Shown: piece by piece, positions 1 through 8,934 of the stretch | How the letters are laid out: each line of letters starts with the position of its first letter | How positions within the stretch are numbered: the first letter of the stretch is position 1 | Assembly (NCBI GenBank): GCA_963715985.1 | Contig: CAVQSP010000010.1 | Span: 128,001 to 192,000, forward strand | Direction: 5' to 3' | Length of the DNA stretch: 64,000 nt | DNA from: an uncultured Thermoleophilia bacterium | Lineage (GTDB): Bacteria > Actinomycetota > Thermoleophilia > UBA2241 | Position numbers and translations under genes: made by a program | The notes under the pieces: generated by a model | What the model was told of the DNA's origin: nothing | Seen by the model: the letters and a program-made list of their open reading frames with translations, nothing else | Database searches by the model: none

Positions 1-483
1 CTAGATGAACAGGTTGACGTTGGCCTCGTCGGCGTGACCGAGGTACGCGGCCACGCCTTCGAACTCGACGTCGTCGATCAGCTCCTCCTCCTTGAAACCG
101 AGGATGTCCATGCTGAGCGTGCAGGCGACGAACTTGACGCCCTGCTCGCGAGCGCTGTCGAACAGTTCCTCGAGCGACATGCCGCCGGCGTCCTTGGTGG
201 CTCTACGCATCATGGGGCTGCCGGCGCCGGCGAAGTTCATCTTGGAGAGGCCGAGCTTCTTGGTGCCCTTGGGCATCATCTTGCCGAACATCGACTGCAG
301 AGTGGTCTTCTTGGCGGCGCTCTCGACCTTCTCCGTCTTGCGCAGGATGTTGAGCCCCCAGAAGGTGCAGAAGATGGTGACGTCGTCGCCCATCGCCGCG
401 GCGCCGTTGGCGATGATCAGGGCGGCCATGACCTTGTCGAAGTCACCGCTGAACAGGATGATCGTCTTCTTGGTGGTGTCCAT
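1..483 (-). CDS. DsrE/DsrF/DrsH-like (DsrE2-type) sulfurtransferase
   Basis: IILFSGDFDKVMAALIIANGAAAMG...FCTFWGL and conserved ACTLSMD Cys motif; start overlaps the upstream stop (TGATG). Confidence 0.9.
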   Translation of the reverse strand: MDTTKKTIILFSGDFDKVMAALIIANGAAAMGDDVTIFCTFWGLNILRKTEKVESAAKKTTLQSMFGKMMPKGTKKLGLSKMNFAGAGSPMMRRATKDAGGMSLEELFDSAREQGVKFVACTLSMDILGFKEEELIDDVEFEGVAAYLGHADEANVNLFI

Positions 484-758
484 CAGGACCCCTCTCTCGG
501 GACAGCTTGATAGGGGAAGTAACCGTCGTCGTCGACCTCTTTGATCTCGGCGATCCAGCCGTACTTGCGCAGGCCCATCACCCAGAAGGTGACTTCACGC
601 GTGGGCTTGCCGACGGCCGCGGCGATCTGCGGGATGGTCTGGGGCCCGTCTTCGAGTGCCTTGAGGATGACGGGCCTCATCGCATGTTCGTCGCGGATGA
701 CCTCGCGCACGGGGCGCAGGGCCGGCGTGGGTGTGGTCTCGGGTGCGGTCGTGCTCAC
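483..758 (-). CDS. Small winged-HTH protein (91 aa) within the Hdr-like cluster
   Basis: ILKALEDGPQTIPQIAAAVG...LRKYGWI HTH pattern; GTG at 758 overlaps the HdrA stop (GTGA). Confidence 0.75.
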   Translation of the reverse strand: MSTTAPETTPTPALRPVREVIRDEHAMRPVILKALEDGPQTIPQIAAAVGKPTREVTFWVMGLRKYGWIAEIKEVDDDGYFPYQAVPREGS

Positions 759-2491
759 TGGCACACCACCTCCAGCATGCCGTCGATCATGCTTCGGATC
801 TGGGCGTCGGTGTAGCCCTGCAGGTCGATGGCGTCGGACGGGCACACCGGGACGCAGCCGCCGCAGCCCTTGCACGCGGTCTTGGAGATCGTCGCGATCT
901 CCTTGCCGTCGAGCGGGACCCTGGCGATGGCGTCGTACGGGCACGTGGTCTCGCAGGCGCCGCACCAGGTGCACGCGTCGGTGTCCACCGTGGCGACCAG
1001 CGGGTCGAGTTCCGCGAACCCCCGCTTGAGGATGGCGGCGCTCTGCGTGACCGCCGCCAGGCCCGAAGCGACACTCTCGGAGGAGGTGCGCGGCGCCTGG
1101 CAGCAGCCACAGATGTAGGCGCCGTCCACCACGGTCTCCACGGGGCGCAGCTTGGGGTGGATCTCGTTGTAGAAGCCGCTCTGACCGATAGGGAGCTTGA
1201 GGGCCTTGGTGAGGCCCTCGTTCTCGCGCGGCACCATGCCGGTGACGAGCACGACCAGGTCGGCGGTGAGCGCGACCTCCTCGCCTTCGCTCAGGAGGTC
1301 GCGGGCGGTCACGGTGACGCCGCCGCCCGGCGCCTTCTCGACGGCCGGCGGCTCGTCGTCGGGGAACTTGATGAAGGCGGAGCCCTTCTCCAGCGCCTCG
1401 GCGTACAGGAGTTCGTACTTACCGTAGGTGCGGATGTCGCGGTAGAAGTGGTACTGGTGCACCTTGCCGGGCAGGTCGGCGACCATGGTCGCCGTGTGCA
1501 CGGCGGCGGTGCAGCAGTAGCGCGAGCAGTAGGTGTTGCCACCCTCGACGTCCTCTCCCTGACGGGAGCCGACGCAGTAGATGTAGGCGACGGTCTTGAC
1601 CGGGCGGCCGTTGTACTGCAGCGGGCCGCCCTCCTCCACCATCTTCTTGAACTCGGCGATGGTGACCACGCCGTCCAGGCCGTAGCCGAGCTCGCCGTCG
1701 GCGGGCTGGTACGTGTCGGCGCCGGTGGCGATGACGATGGAGCCCACGTCCACGGTGATGGTCTCGAGCTGCTCGCCGTGCTGCACGGCCAGCGTGACCT
1801 CGTAGTTGCCGAAGCTGCCCGCCTTGGCGACCAGCTCGGCCTGCGTGAACACGGTGATGGCGGGGTGGCTGCGCACGGCCTGCTCGAGCTTCGCGATCAG
1901 CTCGAGGCCGTTACGACCGTGCGGGAACATGGTCTTGAACTCGCCCACCCGGCCACCGAGCTTGGCCTCCTTCTCGATGAGGAAGACGGAGAGGCCGACC
2001 TCGGCCAGGCCGAGGGCGGCGCGCAGGCCGGTGATGCCGCCGCCCACCACGAGGCTCTTGGGTGTGGTCTCGACGACGATCGGCTCGAGCGGGTCGGTAA
2101 GGCGCGTGCGGTTGATGCCCGCGCGCACCAGGCGCAGGGCCTTCTCGGTGGCGCCGGCGTGGTCGTCGGTGTGCGTCCACGAGCACTGCTCGCGCACGTT
2201 CACCTGTGTGTACTGGAACGGGTTCATGCCCGCGCGCTTGGCGACGTCGCGGAACGTGAAGGTGTGCAGCTTGGGCGAGCAGGAGGCGATGACGAGCCCG
2301 TCCAGGCCCTGCTCCTGCGCGTCGGCGATGATCTCGCTCTGCGTGGCGTCCGAGCACGTGAACATGGCCGTCTTGGCCACGCTCACGCCCTCCTCCTTCT
2401 CGACGGCGGCGACGACCTCGTCCACATCCACGTGGTCGCCGATGTTGCCGCCGCACTGGCAGACGTAGACGCCGATCTTCCTGGCGCTCAT
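755..2491 (-). CDS. hdrA: HdrA/QmoB-like heterodisulfide reductase flavoprotein with N-terminal Fe-S domain and C-terminal ferredoxin
   Basis: IGVYVCQCGGNI, ASCSPKLH, NVREQCSW, GGGITG FAD motif, CVGSR, YCSRYCC, two CxxCxxCxxxCP motifs. Confidence 0.88.
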   Translation of the reverse strand: MSARKIGVYVCQCGGNIGDHVDVDEVVAAVEKEEGVSVAKTAMFTCSDATQSEIIADAQEQGLDGLVIASCSPKLHTFTFRDVAKRAGMNPFQYTQVNVREQCSWTHTDDHAGATEKALRLVRAGINRTRLTDPLEPIVVETTPKSLVVGGGITGLRAALGLAEVGLSVFLIEKEAKLGGRVGEFKTMFPHGRNGLELIAKLEQAVRSHPAITVFTQAELVAKAGSFGNYEVTLAVQHGEQLETITVDVGSIVIATGADTYQPADGELGYGLDGVVTIAEFKKMVEEGGPLQYNGRPVKTVAYIYCVGSRQGEDVEGGNTYCSRYCCTAAVHTATMVADLPGKVHQYHFYRDIRTYGKYELLYAEALEKGSAFIKFPDDEPPAVEKAPGGGVTVTARDLLSEGEEVALTADLVVLVTGMVPRENEGLTKALKLPIGQSGFYNEIHPKLRPVETVVDGAYICGCCQAPRTSSESVASGLAAVTQSAAILKRGFAELDPLVATVDTDACTWCGACETTCPYDAIARVPLDGKEIATISKTACKGCGGCVPVCPSDAIDLQGYTDAQIRSMIDGMLEVVCQ

Positions 2492-5274
2492 GAGGCCACC
2501 TCCACCATCGCCGGCTCAGAGACCGCGGGGGCTTCCTTGGCTTTGGCCTTCTCGATGTGCGCGGCGGCCTGGGCTACCGCGGCCCCCGCGTGCAGGATGG
2601 AGTCGGGGATGTCCTTCACGCCCGAGGCCGAGCCGGCCACGAACACGCCGGGCAGGTTGGTGCGCCCGGGGTCCAGGTCCTCGTCGGCCTCGCCGACGTA
2701 CATGTACTCGTCGAGGGCAAGCTGACCCTCGTCGAACAGGTGGGCGGCCTCCATGTTGGGGCGCACGCCCACGGCCAGCACGACCATGTCGTACTCGGCC
2801 TCCACGATGCCGCCGTCTCCCTCGATGTCTTCGTAGCGGACGATGAGGTTACCGTTCTCCTTCTCCGTGATCTTCGCCACACGGCCCTTGACGAACATGG
2901 CGCCCATGTCCTTGGCCTGCTGGTAGAACTCGTCATAGCCCTTGCCCACGGCGCGCACGTCCATGTAGTGGACGGTCACGTCGGCCAGCGGCAGGGCGCC
3001 CATCACGAGCTGGTTGTGCTTGACGGAGTACATGCAGCAGATGCGCGAGCACAGCGGGTTGTCCACCTGCGCGTCGCGCGAGCCCGTGCACATGATGTAG
3101 GCGATGCTGTCCGGCACCTTGCCGTCGCCGGGGCGCACCACGCCGTTGAACGGGCGCGTCGGGGCGAGCAGGCGGTCCATCTGCATGCCGGTGATGACGT
3201 TGGCGAACTTGCCGTAGCCGTACTCCGGCTTGGCGTCGGCCGGGAAGAGCGTGAAGCCGGTGGCCAGGACGACGGCGTCCACGTCCACCTCGAGGTCCTC
3301 GCCGCGCATGCTGAAGTCGATGCAGTCGGCCGGACAGGCGTCCACGCAGGCGTGGCACTCGGAGCACACGCCGCAGTCCAGGCAGCGGGCCGAGCCGAGG
3401 AAGGCTTCGTCCTCGGTCATGGGGCCCTCGGTCTCGCCGAAGTCCGTGGGGGAGGCGCTCATCTGGGCGTGGGACTCCAGGGGCTCGCGGCGGTCGTACA
3501 CGTCCTGCCGCCCGAGCACCTTCTTCTTGTCCGCGACCGGGAGCGCCTCGTCGAAGGCGTCCGCGTCCAGGGCCTCGCCCTGGAGGTAGCGGTCGATCAT
3601 GAAGGCGGCGCGGCGGCCTTGGCCGACGGCCGTGGTGATCATCGTAGGGCCGGTGACCACGTCTCCGGCGGCGAAGATGTGCGGCACCGACGTCTGCAGC
3701 GTGTCGGGATCGGCCTTGAGCGTGCGGTTGCCGTTGGTCTCGAGGCCGAACTTCTCGGTGTCGGCGCCCATGCCGGCGGCGACGATGACCACGTCGCACT
3801 CCACCGTCTGCTGCTTGCTCTCGTCGTACTCGGGGGCGAACTTGCCCTCGGGATCGAAGACGCAGGAGCAGACCTTGAGCACGGCGCTCTCGACCCTGCC
3901 GTTGCCGGTGAAATGGTTGACGCCCCAGCCGTCGTGCAGCGTGATGCCCTCGGCCTTGGCCTCCTCGACCTCGAAGTCGTGGGCCGGCATGTCCTCGCAG
4001 CACTCCAGGCTGGCCTGGTGGACGGCTGCGGCGCCGAGGCGGCGCGCCGAGCGCGCCGCGTCGATGGCCACGTTGCCGCCGCCGACCACGAGCACCTTCT
4101 TGCCGGTGAGGTCGACGTTGCGGCCGAGCTTGACGTCGGCGAGGAAGGTGAGGGCGCTCATGACGCCGTCCTTGTCCTCGCCGGGCACGTTCAGCTTCAC
4201 AGCCCGGTGCGTGCCCGTCGCCATGAGGACGGCGTCGAAGCCGCCCGCGGCGAGCTCCGCCGGGTCCTCGACCCTGACGCCGGTCTCGATCTCGACGCCG
4301 ATGGCCGTGACGTTGGAGATGTCGTCGTCGATCACGTCGTTCGGAAGGCGGTAGGCGGGGATGCCGAGGCGGAGCATGCCGCCCGCGGCGGGCGCCGCCT
4401 CGAGGATCTTGACGCCGTAGCCCTTGCGCGCGAGCTGCCAGGCGGCCGTGAGGCCGGCCGGGCCCGAGCCCACCACGGCGACCTTCTTGCCGTTCTGCTC
4501 GGGCTTCTCATGGCCTTGCGGCTCCGCCTGGCCGTACCGCTTGTCGGCGATGAAGCGCTTGAGGCGGCGGATGGGCAGCGGCCCCTCGAGCTCGCCGCGC
4601 GTGCACTCGCCCTCGCAGGGCGCGTAGCAGGCGCGCCCGAGCGAGCCCACGAGCGGCGTCGTCTCGAGCACGAGGTCGAAGGCCTGGTCGTACTCGCCGC
4701 TGCGCACGCGGGCCACGTAGCCGTGCGCCTTGATGCCGGCGGGGCACTCGTAGGTGCAGGGCGACACGCCCTCACGCGTGATCACGGCCTTCTTGGGGAC
4801 CGCCTGCGGAAAGGCGATGAAGGCGGCGCGCCGCGACACCATGTCGGCGTTGAACTCGTCGGGCACGGCCACGTTGCATGCCATCTCGCACTGGCGGCAG
4901 CCGGTGCACGCGGCCTCGTCGATGAACTTGGGGTTCTGGCGCACGGTGGCGTGGTAGCCGCCGTTGCCGTCGGTGCGGATGCCCTCCACCTGGGCGTAGG
5001 TGAGGACGTCGATGTTGGGGTGGTGGATGGTGGCGCCCATCTTGGGGGTGGAGATGCAGCTGGCGCAGTCGAGCGTGGGGAAGACCTTGCTGAGCAGGAT
5101 CATCTTGCCGCCCACGCTGGGCGCCTTCTCGACGACGAGCACCTTGTAGCCCATGTCGCCGAGCTTGAGGGCCGACTCCATCCCGCCGATGCCGCTGCCC
5201 ACCACGAGAGCGTCGTACTTGAGCGGTGCACCTTCGGCGCCCCGCTCGATGGCCCCGCTGCGTTCGCCATTCAT
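2488..5274 (-). CDS. HdrA-like flavoprotein with inserted ferredoxin and GltD-like NAD(P)H oxidoreductase module (HdrL-type), 928 aa
   Basis: GSGIGG, FPTLDCASC, CTGCRQC, PCTYECP, GRACYAPCEGEC, GSGPAG, GGGNVAID, CLDCGVCSECHAC, CTGSR, CSRICC; ATGA overlaps at both ends. Confidence 0.88.
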   Translation of the reverse strand: MNGERSGAIERGAEGAPLKYDALVVGSGIGGMESALKLGDMGYKVLVVEKAPSVGGKMILLSKVFPTLDCASCISTPKMGATIHHPNIDVLTYAQVEGIRTDGNGGYHATVRQNPKFIDEAACTGCRQCEMACNVAVPDEFNADMVSRRAAFIAFPQAVPKKAVITREGVSPCTYECPAGIKAHGYVARVRSGEYDQAFDLVLETTPLVGSLGRACYAPCEGECTRGELEGPLPIRRLKRFIADKRYGQAEPQGHEKPEQNGKKVAVVGSGPAGLTAAWQLARKGYGVKILEAAPAAGGMLRLGIPAYRLPNDVIDDDISNVTAIGVEIETGVRVEDPAELAAGGFDAVLMATGTHRAVKLNVPGEDKDGVMSALTFLADVKLGRNVDLTGKKVLVVGGGNVAIDAARSARRLGAAAVHQASLECCEDMPAHDFEVEEAKAEGITLHDGWGVNHFTGNGRVESAVLKVCSCVFDPEGKFAPEYDESKQQTVECDVVIVAAGMGADTEKFGLETNGNRTLKADPDTLQTSVPHIFAAGDVVTGPTMITTAVGQGRRAAFMIDRYLQGEALDADAFDEALPVADKKKVLGRQDVYDRREPLESHAQMSASPTDFGETEGPMTEDEAFLGSARCLDCGVCSECHACVDACPADCIDFSMRGEDLEVDVDAVVLATGFTLFPADAKPEYGYGKFANVITGMQMDRLLAPTRPFNGVVRPGDGKVPDSIAYIMCTGSRDAQVDNPLCSRICCMYSVKHNQLVMGALPLADVTVHYMDVRAVGKGYDEFYQQAKDMGAMFVKGRVAKITEKENGNLIVRYEDIEGDGGIVEAEYDMVVLAVGVRPNMEAAHLFDEGQLALDEYMYVGEADEDLDPGRTNLPGVFVAGSASGVKDIPDSILHAGAAVAQAAAHIEKAKAKEAPAVSEPAMVEVAS

Positions 5275-5708
5275 GCGTCGGCCTTTCGCGACGGACCCAG
5301 GCCCGAGAGGGCCGCGGCGTACTCGTGCATGTAGTTGGTGAAGGGCTCCGCGCACACGGAGCAGACCGCGGCCATGCGCACGCGCTGCGGCTCGTAGCCC
5401 TTCTCGACGAGAAGGTCCTGCGCGGTCTGCATGATGCCGGAGGTGCGCTCCGCGCAGTCCGGCAGGTACGCGCACTCCTCGCCGTCGGCGGCGATGAAGA
5501 CACCGTCGAAGCCCTGCTCCATCGCGTACAGGATCCAGCTGGGCTTCACCGCGCTGGTGCAGGGCAGGTTGATGACCATGACCTTGGGCGAGTAGTGCAT
5601 GTGCGAGCTGCCCGCCAGGTCGATGCCCGGGTCGGAGATGTTGTTGGTGCTGAAGACCAGGATGCGCGGGTCGTAGGCCTGGCCCTCAGATGCCTCGGCC
5701 GCAGCCAT
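5271..5708 (-). CDS. MvhD/FlpD-family iron-sulfur subunit with variant Cys pattern
   Basis: PRILVF...GIDLAG...HY...LPCTS.V...GFDGVFI...ECAY...PQRVRM scaffold; lies directly upstream of the HdrA genes. Confidence 0.82.
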   Translation of the reverse strand: MAAAEASEGQAYDPRILVFSTNNISDPGIDLAGSSHMHYSPKVMVINLPCTSAVKPSWILYAMEQGFDGVFIAADGEECAYLPDCAERTSGIMQTAQDLLVEKGYEPQRVRMAAVCSVCAEPFTNYMHEYAAALSGLGPSRKADA

Positions 5709-5710
5709 CG

Positions 5711-5962
5711 TCACTTCATCTTCCTCACGAAGAGGCGCATGTAGCCCGGCTCCTCGACCACGCCGAGGTACTCGTGACCCATCTTCTTGGACCACGCCGG
5801 GAGGTCCTTGGTGGTGCCGCTGTCGGTGGCCTGGACCTCCATGACGCCGCCGACGGAGACGCTGGGGATGCCCTTCTTGGCGGCGAGGATCGGACCGGGG
5901 CACGAGGTTCCGCGCGCGTCCACGATCTTCTCTACCTGGATGGTGCTGAGATCTTCCGACAT
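5711..5962 (-). CDS. tusA: TusA-family sulfur carrier protein
   Basis: VDARGTSCPGP (CPxP) motif, ATDSGT..DLPAW; AAGGAG RBS upstream. Confidence 0.9.
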   Translation of the reverse strand: MSEDLSTIQVEKIVDARGTSCPGPILAAKKGIPSVSVGGVMEVQATDSGTTKDLPAWSKKMGHEYLGVVEEPGYMRLFVRKMK

Positions 5963-6102
5963 CGTTCTCTCCTTTGTGTCGCCGGCCCCTCGGCGCGGCT
6001 CTTGGACGCTTGTGCTTGTGCTTTCTTTCGCAAACGACGGGCGCAGGAGGCCCTCGTCTGGTGGTGCCTGTGGTCTGCGGTGGCCTTGCTTCCGGGAGGC
6101 GC

Positions 6103-6549
6103 TTATGCGCTCGCGGCCGGTGCGGCCGGTGCGGCCTGAACGGGTGCGACGGCCGGTCTCGCCGACGCCTCGGCGCCGGCGTCGGCCTCCAGAAGCTCGG
6201 CGGCGTGCAGTGACTCGCCCTGAGCCAGGTGCTGCTCCACCAGCGCCTGACGGATCAGGGCGCACGCCTGGATGAACTTCTGGTTGGTGACGCGGTAGTA
6301 CACGGTCTGGGCTTCCTTGCGGGAGGTGACCAGGCCGCGCTCCTTCAGCACGCGCAGGTGCTGCGACACGTTGTGCACCGAGATGCCGATCTCGGCGGCG
6401 AGGTCGCCGACGCACTTCTCGCCGTCGCCGATGGCGTGCAGGATGGCCTGGCGATGATCGTTGGCCAGCGCCTTACACAACTCGGCGTGCATGTGGTAGA
6501 CGGCCTTCAGATCTGGTGACTGGGTGCTGTCTGTGTCCATGGTCTCCAC
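6103..6549 (-). CDS. ArsR/SmtB-family transcriptional regulator
   Basis: CKALANDHRQAIL...EKCVGDLA...VSQHLRVLKERGLV...VYY. Confidence 0.9.
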   Translation of the reverse strand: METMDTDSTQSPDLKAVYHMHAELCKALANDHRQAILHAIGDGEKCVGDLAAEIGISVHNVSQHLRVLKERGLVTSRKEAQTVYYRVTNQKFIQACALIRQALVEQHLAQGESLHAAELLEADAGAEASARPAVAPVQAAPAAPAASA

Positions 6550-6572
6550 GAGTTCATGTATTTGCGTACTTG

Positions 6573-6601
6573 CTTATATACGCTACCGGGAAACGGGTCA
6601 A
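6573..6601 (-). promoter_or_regulatory. Putative sigma70-type promoter of the arsR-hdr cluster
   Basis: Minus strand TTGACC (6601-6596), 17 nt, TATAAG (6578-6573), in an AT-rich patch. Confidence 0.5.
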
Positions 6602-6663
6602 GTGCGGGCATTCACAAGAGCGCCCGGCCGGGGTCCGGCGCAGTCGCGTGGTAAGCTTCGGCC

Positions 6664-7188
6664 ATGAGCGTACTGAGCTTCGAAGGCAAGACGCCGGTCA
6701 TCGGCGAGGGCGGCTGGGTGCACCCTTCGGCCGAGGTCATCGGTGAAGTCACCCTCGGCGCCCGCTGCTGGATCGGCCCGGGCGCCCGCCTGCGCGGCGA
6801 CTACGGCAGCATCGTGTTGGGCGACTGCTGCGCGGTGGAGGACAACTGCGTCGTCCACGCGCGCCCCGGCGAGCGCTGCACCGTCGGCTCGTGGGTCACG
6901 CTGGGCCACGGCTGCGTGGTCCACGGCGTGGCCTTGCTCGGCGACTTCGCCGTGGTCGGCATGAACGCCGTGGTCAGCGACTGGGCCGAGGTCGGCGAGT
7001 GGGGCATGGTCGCCGAGGGCGCCGTGGTGCCGCAGGGCGGCGTGGTGCCGTCCGGCAGGATCGCCGCCGGCATTCCCGCGCGCCTGCTCGAGCGTGCGGT
7101 CGACGACGAGTACCGCGCCGTCTGGCGCGGCTTCAAGGAGACCTACGTGGGCCTGTGCGAGCGGTATCGCACCGGCCTCGGCACCTGA
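6664..7188 (+). CDS. Gamma carbonic anhydrase / hexapeptide-repeat protein
   Basis: HPSAEVIGEVTLG...LRGDYG.I...EDNCVVH...LGHGCVVHG. Confidence 0.9.
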   Translation: MSVLSFEGKTPVIGEGGWVHPSAEVIGEVTLGARCWIGPGARLRGDYGSIVLGDCCAVEDNCVVHARPGERCTVGSWVTLGHGCVVHGVALLGDFAVVGMNAVVSDWAEVGEWGMVAEGAVVPQGGVVPSGRIAAGIPARLLERAVDDEYRAVWRGFKETYVGLCERYRTGLGT

Positions 7189-7200
7189 CCCGGGCCTGAC

Positions 7201-8218
7201 TCAGCCTTGGCGCGGGTCGGCGGGGCCGCGGCCGGCGCCGGAGGCGCTCACGGCGGCGGCGATCTCATCCAGGTCCTCATCGGTGAGCGTCACGCGGGCC
7301 GCCCCGATCCACCCGTCCACCTGCTCCGGGCTGCGGGCACCCACGATCGCGCCGCTGACCCCGGCCCAGCTCGTGACCCAGGCGATCGCCACTGCCGGCA
7401 CCGAGGCGCCGTGGCGCGCGGCGATCGGCCGCAGCGCATCGCGCAGCGCCAGGTTGCGGCCGAGCTGCGGCTCCTTGAACATCGGCGGGCGCCGCCGCCA
7501 GTCGTCCTCGGGGAAGGCGGCCACGCGCGCGGCCGAGAACGTCTCCGTGAGGAGGCCGGAGCCCATGGGGCTGTAGCACAGCACCCCGGTGCCGTGCGCG
7601 CGCGCCCACGGGAGGAGCTCCGCCGCGGTCTCGCGCTGGATGAGCGAGAACGGCGGCTGCAGCGAGTCGACGTGCCCGACGGCCTCGCAGCGCTCGAGCA
7701 GGGCGACGTCGAAGTTGCTGACGCCGATGGCCCGCGCCTTGCCCTCGTCGCGCAGCCTCACCATCTCGGCCCAGGCGTCCTCGATCGGGTTGCCTTCATC
7801 GTCCGGCCAGTGGAGCTGGAAGAGGTCGACGGTGTCCATGCCGAGGCGGCGCAGAGAGTCCTCGATCCCGTGGCGCACCGTGTGCGGCGTGGCGATGCGG
7901 CGGGTCGCTGCCATCGGGTCGGCGTCGTCCCACTCCAGGGCGCACTTGGTGAACACCAGAGGCCGGGCGTCTGCGGGCAGCGCCCGCACGGCCCGGCCCA
8001 CCACCTCTTCCGAATGTCCCAGCCCGTACACAGCCGCGGTGTCGACCCAGGTCACGCCGAGGCCCACGGCGTGGTGGATGGCGGCGACGGACTGGGCGTC
8101 GTCCTGCGGTCCCCAGCCGAACGCCCAGCCGCCCCCGCCGGTGGCCCACGAGCCGAAGCCGACGAAGCTGATCTGGAGACCGGTCGAGCCGAGCGGTCGG
8201 GTGGGGAGGGCGTGTCAT
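7201..8218 (-). CDS. Aldo/keto reductase, frameshifted just after the ATG
   Basis: RPLGSTGLQIS.VGFGSWA, DTAAVYG, DLFQLHWP, IGVSNF, YSPMGSG; ATG at 8218 with RBS is out of frame with the body. Confidence 0.8.
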
Positions 8219-8277
8219 CGTGGATCCTTTCGGCGCGGGTTGCGGCGGCGGCGGGCGGCCGGCGGTCGGCGACGGGG

Positions 8278-8860
8278 TCAGGCCACGTCGTCGGCGAGTC
8301 GAGTACGCGCAGCGGGCGGCGCTCGACGCAGTCGGTCTCGGTGGAGTACACGGTCGAGCTCCATGAGCGGGCGGCGCGTAGACGTGCACGGTCACGAGAT
8401 CCTCGTCCGATGGTGTTCGCCAGCTGGTGGATGCCGTCGCGGTCCAGGCCGGTGTGCGCTCGCCGCCGTGCACGACCTCCTCGGCGTCCAGCGTCACCGG
8501 CCCGGTGCCAGCGGCCTGCCCGGCGGCGGGCGCGAACAGGCGCGACGTCAGCTCGCCGCGGTGCACGCTGATCGTCGTTGAGCGACCCTGCGTGGTCGTG
8601 GACGGTGGACTCCTGTCCGGGGCGCCAGCAGAGCACCAGGAGCTCGAAGTCGGCGGTGCGGCAGACGAGGTTGCGCGTGTAGCCATCTGCGGCGAAGCGC
8701 AGGGCGGCTCTCGATGAGCTCGTCGGAGAGCTCCAGCCGCTGCGTGAGATGACATGAGGCGCTCGTGGCTGAGCGAGCTCACCGGCTCGCGCCCCATCTC
8801 GATGATGAACTGCTCGAGCGTCAGCTGCGGGCCGAGCTCACGTCCGATATCCCTGTCCAT
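8278..8860 (-). pseudogene. Cysteine dioxygenase-family cupin with several frameshifts
   Basis: Stitching frames gives YTRNLVCRTADFELLVLCWRPGQESTVHDH...GIHQLAN...VTVHVYAPP. Confidence 0.7.
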
Positions 8861-8934
8861 GGCGCGGGCCTACCCGGGTGCGAGAGTCGCGAAACGGCCC
8901 TATTTGCCGCCCGGATGCGTAGAATGCGGTCGCG

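Noticed and set aside
2557-5334. Long antisense ORFs (also 53698-56268, 59049-60761 and others)
   Set aside because: These are shadow frames expected from high-GC codon bias opposite real genes, and they carry no motifs.
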